Assembly (NCBI RefSeq): GCF_004010195.1 | Contig: NC_057742.1 | Location: 31,456,479 to 31,520,478, forward strand | Direction: 5' to 3' | DNA: 64,000 bases | Origin: Chiloscyllium plagiosum | Lineage: Eukaryota | In this document: positions 24,067-36,505 of the stretch, piece after piece | Layout: every line of letters starts with the position of its first letter | Position numbering within the stretch: position 1 is the stretch's first letter | Made by a program: the position numbers and the translations under genes | Notes under the pieces: model-generated | Seen by the model: only the letters and a program-made list of their open reading frames with translations | What the model was told of the DNA's origin: nothing | Database searches by the model: none

Positions 24067-24822
24067 TTAAACATCATCAGCTCTTTGGATAGTGTTTCAG
24101 CTCTCCATTACATTGTGTGTGAAGTGCTAATTCTGATATCACCCTGGAAAAGCCTTTGTCTAACTATAACTTTATACTCTTCGCTTAGGACTCCCTCACC
24201 ACAGGAAATGCCCATAGTTTATTTCTCTCAAGATGTCAGCACATATGGTGAATAACAATTCACTGGAAGCATTCAGAGGAAATTGGCCAAGTTAAGCCTA
24301 TCAAGCTAGGAAAGGAAATGGATTACAATAAAAACTAAGCACTGAAGAAACTTAGATCTGGCAGCATCTCTGGAGAGAGAAACAATTAACATTTTAAGTC
24401 CCATGCACATTTTTTCATATACACATTTCTCTTGACCTGCTACCAAATGTCAACTGGTAGTTTCTTTCACTACAAACTCAAAAAAAATGCATAGACCAGC
24501 TGATCCATTGGTCTTCTGCTGCCCTTGGAAAATAGTTAACATAACTATCTTATCTCCACAGACAATCCAATAATGCTCAGGATGCCATCATAACTGGACC
24601 CTCTAACTTCATTTTAATATCTGGATTGATTTTGAGCTACAAGGGAAAAAGGCACCTTTCATACTGAATAGATGGATTATCCTTGTCTTAGCTCAATATG
24701 GCTTCAATTACTGAAGTGACACAAGCATATTAAAGGTACAAAAACAATGATCAGCAGAAAAGAAGATATTTAAATGATCATCCTAAGAATTTATTTTCCA
24801 TTGTGAACAATATTATGAGAAA

Positions 24823-25115
24823 TTAGATTAGATTAGATTACTTACAGTGTGGAAACAGGCCCTTCGGCCCAACAAGTCCATACCAACCCTCCGAAGAGCA
24901 ACCCCTCCAGACCCATTCCCCTACATTTACCCCTTCACCTAACACTATGGGCAATTTAGCATAGCCAATTCACCTAACCTGCACATTTTTTGGACTGTGG
25001 GAGGAAACCCATGCAGACACGGGGAGAACGTGCAAACTCCATACAGACAGTTGCCGGAGGTGTTAATTGAACCCAGGCCTCTGGTGCAGTGAGGGAGCAT
25101 TGCTAACCACTGTGG
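24823..25115 (-). mobile_element. HE1/V-SINE-type SINE
   Basis: Reverse complement of the same family, with a (TAGAT)n tail at 24823-24840. Confidence 0.9.
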
Positions 25116-25204
25116 TTAATAATTAACAAAATCTAATCTGGATGAATCCTTCTATTAATTAGAGTTTGGACTATGCGGCTAAATAACAATAAAATTTGCA
25201 ATAC

Positions 25205-25352
25205 CTTTAGTATCCTTCACTGTAAATCTCTTGAAAGCTGGAAACTTTTTCCACATTTCCATCATACCAAATTGAGACACACACTTGGACTGTTTCAGAT
25301 CACATCTGGTTTCAGAAGGGCAGCAGTGCAAACGATCCTCACAGCACACAGC
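25205..25352 (-). CDS. grn: Progranulin coding exon 6: C-half of F/B-like module + linker
   Basis: gtgtag|AVCCEDRLHCCPSETRCDLKQSKCVSQFGMMEMWKKFPAFKRFTVKDTK+G|gtattg. 148 nt, phase 0-1. Confidence 0.94.
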
Positions 25353-25950
25353 CTACACAAGAAGTGATTAAACAAAATGTACAGGAGCTTATTCTGTGTT
25401 TCCAGCATGAAATATTTATTCATCAAAAAGCTGATAAATAATGTACACATATTTCGTAATCCATTCTATTAGTTTTTTAGAGGCAGGCGGCAACTATCTT
25501 TAACATGTTCTCCTAAATTTCTAAACATCACACCATTAAAGTTAAAAGCCAACTTATCCACTGTAATACTAGCCCCTTTTACGTTTTCATAAGAAGAAAG
25601 CATGAAAAAAGTTAAAAGAGTTCGTTATAAACCAGAAAACAAACTTTTTAACCAGCTTTCCTGCAAAGTTATTTTGGAATTTTCCTACCTTGGAACTCAG
25701 ACAGTCAAACAATTAGTCGCATATGGGTCAAACTGTTAAGAGTTACAGAGTAACATAGGACATAGGAAATAGTTGCCTTCCCTGAGCAGCTGGGCTTTTG
25801 CAATAGCCTGTCCACAAATTTACTGAATTAATTTGAGTGATTTATAGCACTGCATTTCACAATTTATCAACACAGGTTTCGAATGCTCAATCATTTAGTT
25901 AAAATACACAATACCTCAGAGCTAAAATGAAATTATTGGTCAAACTATAC

Positions 25951-26060
25951 CTTTTCTAAGGGGCAGCACCCCCACAGCTGGTTTGGAAGTATGCAACATG
26001 TTGAGCCATCAGGACACTCAGACCCTCCATCTGGGCAAATAATTGCTTTTTCATTCTCAT
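25951..26060 (-). CDS. grn: Progranulin coding exon 5: N-half of F/B-like module
   Basis: ttcacag|(D)ENEKAIICPDGGSECPDGSTCCILPNQLWGCCPLEK|gtatag. 110 nt, phase 1-0, which matches the phase-1 end of the preceding exon. Confidence 0.95.
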
Positions 26061-27319
26061 CTGTGAACAACATGTGGCATTTCAGTTTTTATATGATAAT
26101 TATATTGTAGCAACACAAAACAGTTTCCATTTAAAAAGACAGGTTGTAACCTTGATAGTTCTTCCTTGTGAAAAAGTCAGCCCTGTAAGGAAAGGTAAAG
26201 GAATTCAATTTTAAAAATGCTTGCAATTGGCAGATCATGGTGACCATCTGGAAGTAACAGATTGTGTTTGGCTCTCTATATATAAACTTTACAGCACAGA
26301 AAACAGCCATCCTTACTTCCACACAACCCACTTTAAATTTTTATTCAAAGTGTACTTCAACAAGAATCTGGTGCTGCTAATGTCACCACGATGCAGGTCT
26401 GCACTGGAACCAGAATTGGTAAACCTACTGTTGCTGCCTCACTCTAATCTTGACTCTGAACTCCAGCATCTGCAGTACTTACTTTCACCTACCTCATCAT
26501 TGCAGTCCACACATTCCAATCCCCTTACCTCTGGGCTAACCCGATGGTGGAGAACCTTTGGTTGTGATATCAATTAGTTAATGTTATATCAGGTCCATAC
26601 GGATCCAGCCGAAAATTTAAATTATAAAATACTAACTTTTAATGGTAGAACTTGCATTTGTGTTGAGAGCACTTTCTGCAATTGAACTGGCAGAAAATAC
26701 AGTCTTTCTTTAACAGAACCCAGGTTAAGTTTCTCATTTGTAAGAATCTGACCATGTTCTTTCTTAAACAATTTATGCAATCAACCTCCACCATCTTATT
26801 GGGTACAGCATCACAGATTCCAATATCTTGGAAAAGAACTTATTTCCAACCTAGATATTTCAGAATTATTTTCGTCCTATAATTTTTGATTAATCATCTA
26901 ATCACAGAAGAACTTCTTTTTCTTATCTAAACTAATCCTTTTGAAAACCCTCACAAGGTTACCCCTGTTCCAAGGAACACCGTCCTAATCTTTTCCAACC
27001 CTCATTTCATAATGAATGCCTCACATTTAGGTGGAATTGTCTATCCAGAACCATTTTCTCTAGTAAGAAAAAGCGTCTCACTGCCCACACCTCGCTCCAG
27101 TCGAATTAGACCATTTGCTCAGAACTTTCATTGGCATTACACCAACCCCAAAGGCTGTATCATTTTACTCTTTGTGACTGAGGCACATCAGGGCAGCTCA
27201 GCAAATGTAAAACCAAACATTTTAATTAGTTGTTCTGCTCACTAAAAGGTTGTTACGAACTGGGCTAATTATTGAAAACTAACTGAAGAGATATTGGATA
27301 TTCCTCAAGATTCCAAGGA

Positions 27320-30300
27320 AAAGATAAAGCAGAAGTATTTCCAGCAACCTTTAGCCAGAAATGCAGAGTAGGTAATCCATCTCAGCCTCCTCCAGGGATC
27401 CCACCATGAGATGCCAGTCTTCAACCAATGCAATTCACTCCACTGATAAAGAAACAGTTTGAGACATTGGATACTGCAAAGACTATTGGCCCTGACAACA
27501 TTCCTGCAATAGTACTGAAGGCTTCTGCACCAGAACTTGCCGCACTCCTAGCCAAGCTGTTCCACTACTTTTACAACACTGGTATGTACCCGACAATGTG
27601 GAAAATTGCCCAGATACGTCCTGTACACAAACTGCAGAACAAACTCAACCGAGCCAATTACCTCCCCATCAGTCAACCTTCGATCATCAGGAAAGAGATG
27701 GAAGCTGTCATCACCACTGTTATCAAGTAGACTTGCTTAGCAATAAGCTTAAAAATGTGTTGCTGGAAAAGTGCAGCAGGTCAGACAGCATCAAAGAAGG
27801 GCTTATGCAGGTCGATTCTCCTGTTCCTTTGATGCTGCCTGACCTGCTGCGCTTTTCCAGCAACACATTTTTAAGCTCTGATCTCCAGCATCTGCAGTTC
27901 TCACTTTCTCCTTGCTCAGTAATAACCTGTTCAATGAAACCTAGCTTGAGTTCTGCCTGGGCCACAGCTCCTGACTTCACTGCAGTCATAGTTTAAACAT
28001 GAATCATAGAAACCTCAGTTCAGAAAATGGCCATTTGGCCCAATGGATCTGCACCAACCCTCCAAAGAGCATCCCACACAGACTCACCCTGTCCTCATAA
28101 CCCCACATGGGGTTTTTACCATGGCTAGTCCACCTATCCTATAGATTTCTGGACACTAAAGACAATTTGGGATGGCCAATCCACATAACCTGCATTTCTT
28201 TAGGTTGGGGGAGGGGGAATTGGAGCATCAAGATTTAATCTATGCAGATACTGAGAGAACTTGCAAACTTCACAGAGGCTGGAATCGAACCTGGGTTCCC
28301 AGCAGTGCTAACCACTGTGCTGCAAAAGAGTTTAATTCCAGAAGCAAGGCCAAAGTGACTTCAAGGCTGCATATGACCAGATATGGCATCTAACAGCCCT
28401 AGCAGAACTGGAATCAATGGGTATTTGGGGGTAAACGCTCCACTAATTGGAGTCATACCAGACACATAAGATAGTTGCGGTCGTTGGAGGTCACTCATCT
28501 CAACGCCAGGATATCTCTGCAGAAATTCCTTATGTAGTGTCCTAGTCCAAATTATCTTCAGCTGCTTCAATGACCTTTCTTCAATCAAGTGGGGATGTTC
28601 GCCAATGGTTTCACAGTATTCAGTACCATTCCCTCCTAACATACTTAAGCAGCCTATGTTCAAATGCATCAAGACCTGGAAAACATCCAAGCTTAGGGTG
28701 ACAAACAGCAAATACATTCAAGCCAAAATAAAAGCCAGGCAATGACCATTTCCAATAAGGGTTAATCTAACCACCACAACATAACATTCAATGGTGTTAC
28801 CATCACTGAATCCCCCACTATCAACATCCTGTGGGGTTATCGTCGACCAGAAACTGAACTGGACTTGCCATTATAAATACAATGGCTACACATGCAAATC
28901 AGAGGCTAGGAATCTTGTGGAATCTCCCGATTCCTCAAAGCCCATCTACTATCTATGAGGCACAAGTCACGAGTATGATGGAATACTGCCCACTGTCTGG
29001 ATAGGTGCAGCTTCAACACCAATCACAAAGCTTGACACCATCCAGGACAAAGCAGCCCACTTGATTAGCACCACATCCACAAGCATCCATTCCCTCCCTC
29101 CAAGCAACACACAGTAGCAGCAGTGTACACTATCTCCAAGATATCCTGCAGAAACTCACCAAAGATCATCGAACTGTACAGCACAGTACAGGCCCTTCCG
29201 CCCACAATGTTGTGTCGAGCATTTATCTTAATCTAAGATCAACCTAACCTACACACCCCTCAATTTACTGCCATCCATGTGCTTATCCAGCAGTCGCATA
29301 AATGTCCCTAATGTATCTGACTCTACCACCACTGCTGGCAGTGCATTCCACGCACCCTACACTCACTACATAAAGACATCACTGACATCTCCCCAAACCT
29401 TCCTCCAATCTTCTTGAAATTATGACCCACATGACATCCATTTCTGCCCTGGGGAAAAATCTCTGGCTATCTATGCCTTTCATTACCTTGTACATCTCTA
29501 TCAAGTCACATCACTTTTTTCTTCTCTCCAGTATGAAAAGCCCGAGCTCACTCAACCTCTTTTCATAAGACAAGCCCTCCAATCCAAGCAGCATCCTAGT
29601 AAATCTCCTCTGCAACCTCTCTAAAGCATCTACATCCTTCCTAGAATGAGGCGACCAGACCTGGATACAATATTCCAAGTAGATCTATTTACTTGGAATA
29701 TACAAATTATTCTCCCACCCTAGTCACTCTTTAACCACCAGACCGCACAGTTTACCTATCCTTCGCTACATTTCATCTCGACACTCTTTAACACTCACTG
29801 CAACTCTGTCCTCAGTGCTCATTGGAGTCCTGCAGCTTGTCATGCTTAAATGCAGGATCCTAGTCTCAGTATTAACTATATCACTCTTCACCTCAATGAA
29901 AAGTTCTATTACTTATGGTTGCTCATCCCAAGGGGCCTCACATTATTAGATTATCAAATATTCCTTTCTCTTTGCATGATAGCTAGTCTAGGGTGGCCTG
30001 TGTTGTAGTTGGTTCCTCAACATATTGATTCAGAAAGCCATCCCCTGGAACTCTTCCTGTAAGGTAATGTTACTAATTTGATTTGTCCAATCTACGTGCA
30101 AATCAAAGTCACCCATAATTACAGATGTTCGTTCATTGCATGTATCCCTAAATTTCCTGTTTAACGCCATTAGTGCGACATGGTGTCACGGTGGTCAGCA
30201 CTGCTATCCCACAGTGCCAGAGCCTGGGCCCGACTCTAGCCCCTAGAAACTGCGTGGAGCCCACATGCTCTCCCCACGACCACACGGGCTTCCTCCCACA

Positions 30301-31530
30301 GTCTAAAGACATATAGGTCAGGTGTATTAACCATGGTTACTGTGGAGTTATGGGGATAAGATAGGGGTCTGAGTCGGTTGCTCCTCTGAGTGCCTGCGCA
30401 GACCCGATGAGACGAATGGCCCCTCTACCATTCCCAACAGTTTGGGGGTCTATACAAAACACCCATAATGTCTTTTGTCCCTTGATGTTTCACACTCCTG
30501 ACCATACAGCTTCCACAAATGTTCTCTTTAACTAGGAAGGCAAATCCTTTTTATCTGTCTTTCCAAAATACTGAAAACTCTTGGATATTCAAGTTCCCAT
30601 CCTTGGTCACCTGCAACCCTAACTATATCATTCCTGTTTTCATCTATTTACACAATTAATCCATTCACTATTGAGGATGCTCTGTGCATTAGGACACAAA
30701 GCCTTAAGGTGTGTCTTTTTAACATTACTTCTCCATTTTCAGTATTTTTCACTGTCGCCATATTTGGTCCTGGCCCTTAGTTTCTCTGCAAAACATTTTT
30801 CTTATTCCTCTTTGTGTTTTGTCCTTGATTCCTCTTCTCTGACTCCTTGCGTAGTTTCTCATCCTTCTGCCATTTGAGTTTAAAGCCTCCCAGCCACTCT
30901 AGCAAATACCCCCTCGAGGACATCAGTTCTGGTCTTTCCCCAAGTGTAACTTGCCCAGTTTGTATTGATCCCATCTCCCCCAAACCAATCCTAATGCCCC
31001 AGGAATCTGCAATCCTACCTGTCAAGCCATCTCTTCAGACTAGTTTCCGTCTTGTTGAGGATGGTTAATGCTTGGCATTTGTGTGAAGCAAATGTTACTT
31101 GCCACTTGTCAACCCAAGCCCAGACATTGTTTATAGGCTCCAAATTCAACGGCATTTGAAACTACTCAAGAAGAGGTTTTTACAACAAGAGGAAACTCAT
31201 TATATCACTGGTTGAAAGCATTAAAAAGTGCTTCTTAAGCAGCATTTTCCAAACCCTTGACCACTTCCATCTAGAAGGACAAGGGCTGCAGAAACATGGG
31301 ATCACCACCAGCTGCAAGTTCCCCTTCAGGTCACTTACTATCCTGACTCAGCAAAGCATTGCTGATTGTTCAATTACACAATTTCTTCAAAATCCTTGAA
31401 TTCCCCAAACAGCATTGTGGGTCTATCAACAGCATATGGACTACAGTGGTTCAAGACAGTAACTCCATCACCTTTCAATGTTGACTAGGGACAGACAATA
31501 AATGCTCACCAGCCAGTAATGCCCATTTCC
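27320..31530 (+). mobile_element. L2/CR1-group LINE split by nested fold-back, SINE and antisense CR1 fragments
   Basis: GPDNIPAIVLKASAPELAALLAKLF...NYLPIS RT remnant. Pieces lie at about 27320-27746, 27911-28000, 28325-29170 and 31245-31530. Inserts: SINEs at about 28005-28320 (-) and 30175-30430 (+), CR1 pieces at about 29170-29680 (-) and 29800-31030 (-). Confidence 0.65.
27747..27910. mobile_element. Penelope-derived fold-back element with deleted centre
   Basis: Inverted arms ttaaaaatgtgttgctggaaaag / cttttccagcaacacatttttaa, with an imperfect 15-bp TSD at 27732-27746 and 27911-27925. Confidence 0.8.
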
Positions 31531-32599
31531 TACAAGTGTATAACAAAAACTGACTGCATGACAGGATACAAATAGAACATTAGGAATTTGATCATTTTGC
31601 ATCTTCACCTGTCATCTAATGCTAAAATTAAAGCCTGGTTCTTCATAAACCAGAAGCCAAGTACGAAACTCTTCAGATGTTGAATGCCTCAATGCCACTG
31701 TCCCCAACTTAGGGAAACTAAACTGCCTTGAAAAAAATGGAAGTCATTTCATTATTCAATTAATCAGCAGTACTCACTGCCTGTATAGGTGCTATGCACC
31801 AAACTTAGTCTGTCTTATAACTTTGTAGTTTTAAGTACCCTATCAAATCATCTTTCAATCTCTTAAAAGAGTCCTAACTTTCTAAATGCTTCCTCCTGCT
31901 GAAGCTCCCTCCTACAGGTAAAGTTCTATTAATTTCATGTTGCAACTACAATACTGTCCCAATACTGCCACCCATAGTCATGCCTGAAGTGTACAAAATT
32001 TTTCAATTATGGTATTGCAAACTTTTTTTTTAAGATCAATTATATCTCAATTTTAAATTTTACAGCTTGCAATAAAACCCAGCATTATATTTGATTTTAT
32101 TTTAAAAGCAGAAATTCATCAAGTCTTCCATATTGTGTAACTTTTCACCTGTACAAGTATAAATACTGCTTTACTGAAAAAAGATTGGATCACCTCATTT
32201 ATTAGCAATTGAATCCCAGCTGCAGATTTCCTTGCTCATTTCACTGTCTCCTATGCCTCTTTGTTGCTTCTTTTCATTTTCAGTTACTTTTAATTTCAAA
32301 ATTAGTAGTTTTAATACCTGGACTCATCTCTCTCCCTCAGCAGAAATGAGTTCATCAAATTGATAATTTGTGAATCATATGTACTCAAGAAGCTTAGATC
32401 ATCTGCGCCAAATACTAGAGGTACAGAACTATATGAATAGGAAGGATTTGGATGGATATGGGCCGGGTGCTGGCAAGTGGGACTAGATTGGGTTTGGATA
32501 TCCGGTCAGCATGGACAAGTTCGACCGAAGGATCTGTTTCCATGCTGTGCATCGCTATGACTCTATACTCCAGCTGGACTGACATGCCTTTATATAAGG

Positions 32600-33190
32600 T
32601 TTGGATCCTCAAAAAAACTTGCTAAGTGGCAGAGAAGCCTGGGTAACTCTCACCTAACAAGATGAAAAGTTCAAGAATTTAGGTCATAATTTTGGCATTA
32701 AAAGAAAAAAAAAGTCTAACGCATCAACAAATCAGTCCTTAGTAGGTCCAATATGCCAAGTTTGCTAGTGCGAATCAAGCAAATGAGGCTTCACTAGCTT
32801 GGACAAGTGCACAGGTTGGAAAGTGGCTGCATCTCCACAGCAAGGTAGCCTATTGCTAGAGACCAGTAGAGTGCCTAAAGCTCTGACACAGGACACTCCC
32901 AAGAGACATGAATGCCTTCACATCAATCACAAGTGCGAAAAACAGCAGTAGCCCGAGTTCACCACCAGACGATGAATGGCTCCAGAAACACCAAAGCAGA
33001 TGCCAGGCATACAAATAAGGAGACAGCAAAGATCATTCTACAACATTGACAAAGGCCATTTTCATGTGTGGCACTTGTGGTAGACTATGTCTTTCCAAAA
33101 ACAGTTTGACCAGCCTTAAAAAGTGCAGATGATCTCATTCAAATTCAACAAAGATCTGAGGCTGCATTCCTACCATCTCAGACAGAGAGA
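32600..33190 (+). mobile_element. RTE-like LINE 3' remnant
   Basis: Degenerate C-terminal zinc-finger-like FMCGTCGRLCLSK at about 33060-33100. Confidence 0.4.
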
Positions 33191-33290
33191 AGTATGCTAA
33201 CAAACCAGAATTATAATGCAATATTCACAGTGAATTTAAAGTTAAGAAACTGCAAAAATTAACATTTCCATAAACTATGCAACAGCTTAC

Positions 33291-33372
33291 CAACAGGTTT
33301 GATGCAGGTTTTTTTTGCTTTATCACATTTGAAATCTTTTGGACAGCAGTAGTGGTCATCACAGCATACTGC
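33291..33372 (-). CDS. grn: Progranulin coding exon 4: C-half of extra module
   Basis: tttgcag|AVCCDDHYCCPKDFKCDKAKKTCIKPV+G|gtaagc. 82 nt, phase 0-1. Not in the ORF track in this frame. Confidence 0.93.
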
Positions 33373-33694
33373 CTGCAAACAGAATGATACTTTATGACAA
33401 CATTTTCAGCAGGCATACCATATTTCAAAAAGACTTGATTATTTGAAATAAATTTGCTTAATTTGCCCAAAACTATTAGATAAGATGGACAGAAGATACC
33501 AGAATTCAAAGCTAGCACGTCATGTTATGGGCATGAAGCAAATATTATTTTGGGCTATTCTAAGAGCTCCTACAAATTTTCACGCATGTGGTTCCCAATT
33601 TGTGAGGACTGAACTAACAATTATTTAGAACTCTGCTTCGTCAGTATTCTATCATTCAGAAACTAAACAACTGCATGAATCGCAAGTCGTGGAG

Positions 33695-34115
33695 AGGTGG
33701 TTGTGGTGAGACTGTAATGCAACTGGACTTGTAATCCAGAGTACCAGACTAATGTGGGAGAAAGTAAGGACTGCAGATGCTGGAGATCAGAGCTGAAAAT
33801 GTGTTGCTGGAAAAGCGCAGGTCAGGCAGCATCCAAGGAGCGGGCTAATGTTCTGGGGACATGCATCTGAGTTCCATCTTGGGAAATGGTGAAATCTGAA
33901 TTCAATACAATTTTGGAATTAGAAATAAGCTAATCTAATGGAGTAAAAGTCATGAAAACAAAAAATTAGCAAAAATAAATCAGCCACACTTATTTGGTAT
34001 GTATGTGACTCCAGATCCACTGTAATGTGGTGGACTCTTAATTGCCTTCTGAAATGGCCTGTCAGGCAGTTCAAAGACCAATTAGGGATAGGCAACAAAT
34101 TGTGGCTCAGGCAAT
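33695..34115 (+). mobile_element. Second tRNA-derived SINE family (related copy at about 46360-46660 on the minus strand), interrupted by a Penelope-end fragment at 33756-33844
   Basis: tRNA-like head, 3' end caattagggataggcaacaaat shared with the L2/CR1-group LINE tails, and TSD CTAATGT around the internal insert. Confidence 0.55.
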
Positions 34116-34973
34116 GATAACCAAATAAATGATTAAAACAAAAGCTTTAAATTTGATTATTCCTGATTTGTCTTTAAAATTGACATCATTTTAAACATTT
34201 TGGTTTATACTTTTGATTTACTAAAATTTAAGTGTTTACTCTTTGAAATGATCCTGAACCCACAGTTCCATCAATCCAAACAAAAAGTGCGCAACTATTA
34301 TTTCTGGACTTAAGCCACGCATTAGGTAGCAGTATGTCTAAAATCGATAATCAATGATTTGCTGTGATGCTAAACATTAAATGAACCGAGTCCAGTTCTC
34401 CAGTTAGGGGGATGGTTGGTCAATTTCTGATGTTTTACAAAGGTGATCACAAAGTAAATCCTACTGTCAGAATTTAAATCGTGTCTTTGAAATGAAAGCA
34501 GCTGTAATATCAGTGAAGAATTTTTGTTTTAGATAGCTAGCTGGATTTCCTGCTGCTCTTTTACAGCAACAGATGAGGTCTGGGTATGGTTGTAACAGCA
34601 AGAAGCTACCTAGGAGTCAAAGGACTATCACAATGCCTTTATAAAATGGGCAAATCAACCTCCTTCTTGGTCTATCATGCTCACATTTGCAAGCAGTTTC
34701 ATTTAGGCACAGGTCACAAACTGCAGTTGAGTTTTTTCTGAACTTCAGGGCAGCCACTATATTTTTGTTTTGAGTTGGATGGAGATCGGAGTAGGATAAC
34801 ACACAGAAGCATATCACCTGCCAATAATAATCAAGAGTGTTACATTTCCTATAGCTAAATGGAATTTGCACCCGAGAGTATATTAAGATGACATTCTTTT
34901 TGACTATTTTTCTGCAGAAATGACACTTTAGGTCAAACTGATCACCCAATTTTGGGAAAAAAATTGATTGTAC

Positions 34974-35285
34974 TGGCACGGCGGCACAGTGGTTAGCACT
35001 GCTGCCTCACAGCACCAGGGTCCCAGTTCGTTTCCAGCCTCGGGCAACTGTCTGCGTGGAGTTTGCACATTCTCCCCATGTCTGCGTGGGTTTCTTCCAG
35101 GTGTTTCGGTTTCCTCCCACAGTCCAAAGATGTGCAGGTCAGGTGAATTGGCTGTGCTAAATTGCCCATAGTGTTGGGTGCATTCGTCAGAGGAAAATGG
35201 GTCTGGGTGGGTTGCTCTTCAGAGGGTCGGTATGGACATGTTGGGCCGAAGGGCCTGTTTCCACACTGTAGGGAATCTAATCTAA
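34974..35285 (+). mobile_element. HE1/V-SINE-type SINE (additional 3' fragment at 35376-35523)
   Basis: tggcacggcggcacagtggttagcactgctgcc...ccacactgtagggaatctaatcta. Confidence 0.9.
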
Positions 35286-35820
35286 CCTACTCTATTTTGT
35301 CCTCTCACAGAAAAGCTGGTTTGGTTGAATTAAATTCTAGCCCTGCAGCAGAATTCATTTGAGAATAAGAAAGGCTAGGTGAATTGGCCATGCTAAATTG
35401 CCAGTAGTGTTAGATGAAGGGGTAAATGTAGGTGAATGGGTCTGGGTGGGTTACGCTTCAGCAGGTCGGTGTGGACTTGTTGGGCCGAAAGGCCTGTTTC
35501 CACACTGTAAGTAATCTAATCTACACTTGTGAAAGGCTCAGCTACAATGTGAAGTTACAAAAGTACTCTCCTGAATAGGTCCATCTCTGGTTTGCACTGC
35601 TGCACATTTAGATATAGGGAAGAGACTTAACTACCATAAAACTAAATGCTAAGGTCATCTACTGGAGCTACTGCATAAGAATTACCCAGAAGAGAATAAT
35701 AAGATGATCACATCATTCTGCATTAATATTCCATCCATTTGGCAGTACTAACAAGTTTTATCAGCACTTAACTAGTTTACAAAGACAGTCCATAAAATGA
35801 TAAGAGGACTCAGGACTCAC

Positions 35821-36051
35821 ATCTTTCATAGGACAGCAACCCCAACCAAAGTTCTTCAACCTGCAACAGGTGTATCCCCCAGAACAGGTCATATTGCCAC
35901 AGAGCTCACTATCATCAGTTCGCAAGTTGTCTACTGCAGAAATCAATGGCAACTTGTCTTCCCTTGCTCCAGTCCTTTTGCATTTGGCTTCAATCAGGTC
36001 ACATTCATATCCCTTTGGGCAACAATGCTCCCAATCCTTGCAAATAGTTGC
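35821..36051 (-). CDS. grn: Progranulin coding exon 3: C-half of G-type module + N-half of extra module
   Basis: tatcag|ATICKDWEHCCPKGYECDLIEAKCKRTGAREDKLPLISAVDNLRTDDSELCGNMTCSGGYTCCRLKNFGWGCCPMKD|gtgagt. 231 nt, phase 0-0. Confidence 0.95.
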
Positions 36052-36355
36052 CTGATACCAGGGAATAAAGATATATTTTCATAATATTCAGCAATAAAAA
36101 GAAATGAACATAGAAAATGCATAATTTATATTAAATTAATGAAAAACTGGAAATCCATAGACCTTGGAGAAAGAAGTCACCAATGATGTGAACAGGTTTA
36201 TTTGATTTTAACATTTTAATTGAATTTCTGTTCTCACAAAGTTAAATAATGTTTAAGTTGTATGGCATAAAGTTTAAAAGTTTGATTATTAAATGCAAAC
36301 ATACAATTAAAGGTCACGAGAAAGCTACTGCTAAAAATTAACTATTCTATTTTAC

Positions 36356-36505
36356 CTTAGTGAATGGGCAGCAACCATAAAAGCCTTTTGACGTGGGCAT
36401 ACAAGTGTATTCAGGGGGACATTCAGTATTATCCAGACAGATATTTTCAGTCACTGCATTCGGTGTTCCCGCCTGAACAAGTGGGGTGGCTTTTGCTTCT
36501 TTCCA
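36356..36505 (-). CDS. grn: Progranulin coding exon 2: linker + N-half of G-type (10-Cys) granulin
   Basis: ttttag|WKEAKATPLVQAGTPNAVTENICLDNTECPPEYTCMPTSKGFYGCCPFTK|gtaaaa. 150 nt, phase 0-0. Single Cys where a CC is usual. Confidence 0.93.

Noticed and set aside
26524-26556. Strong minus-strand donor (AG|gtaag) suggesting a 27-nt micro-exon
   Set aside because: The acceptor lacks a pyrimidine tract, and the phase-1 reading needed here contains TAG.
34617-34979. Cys-rich 120-aa minus-strand ORF inside the gene
   Set aside because: No granulin CC pattern and no convincing acceptor/donor pair. The required C-half exon is found at 33291-33372.
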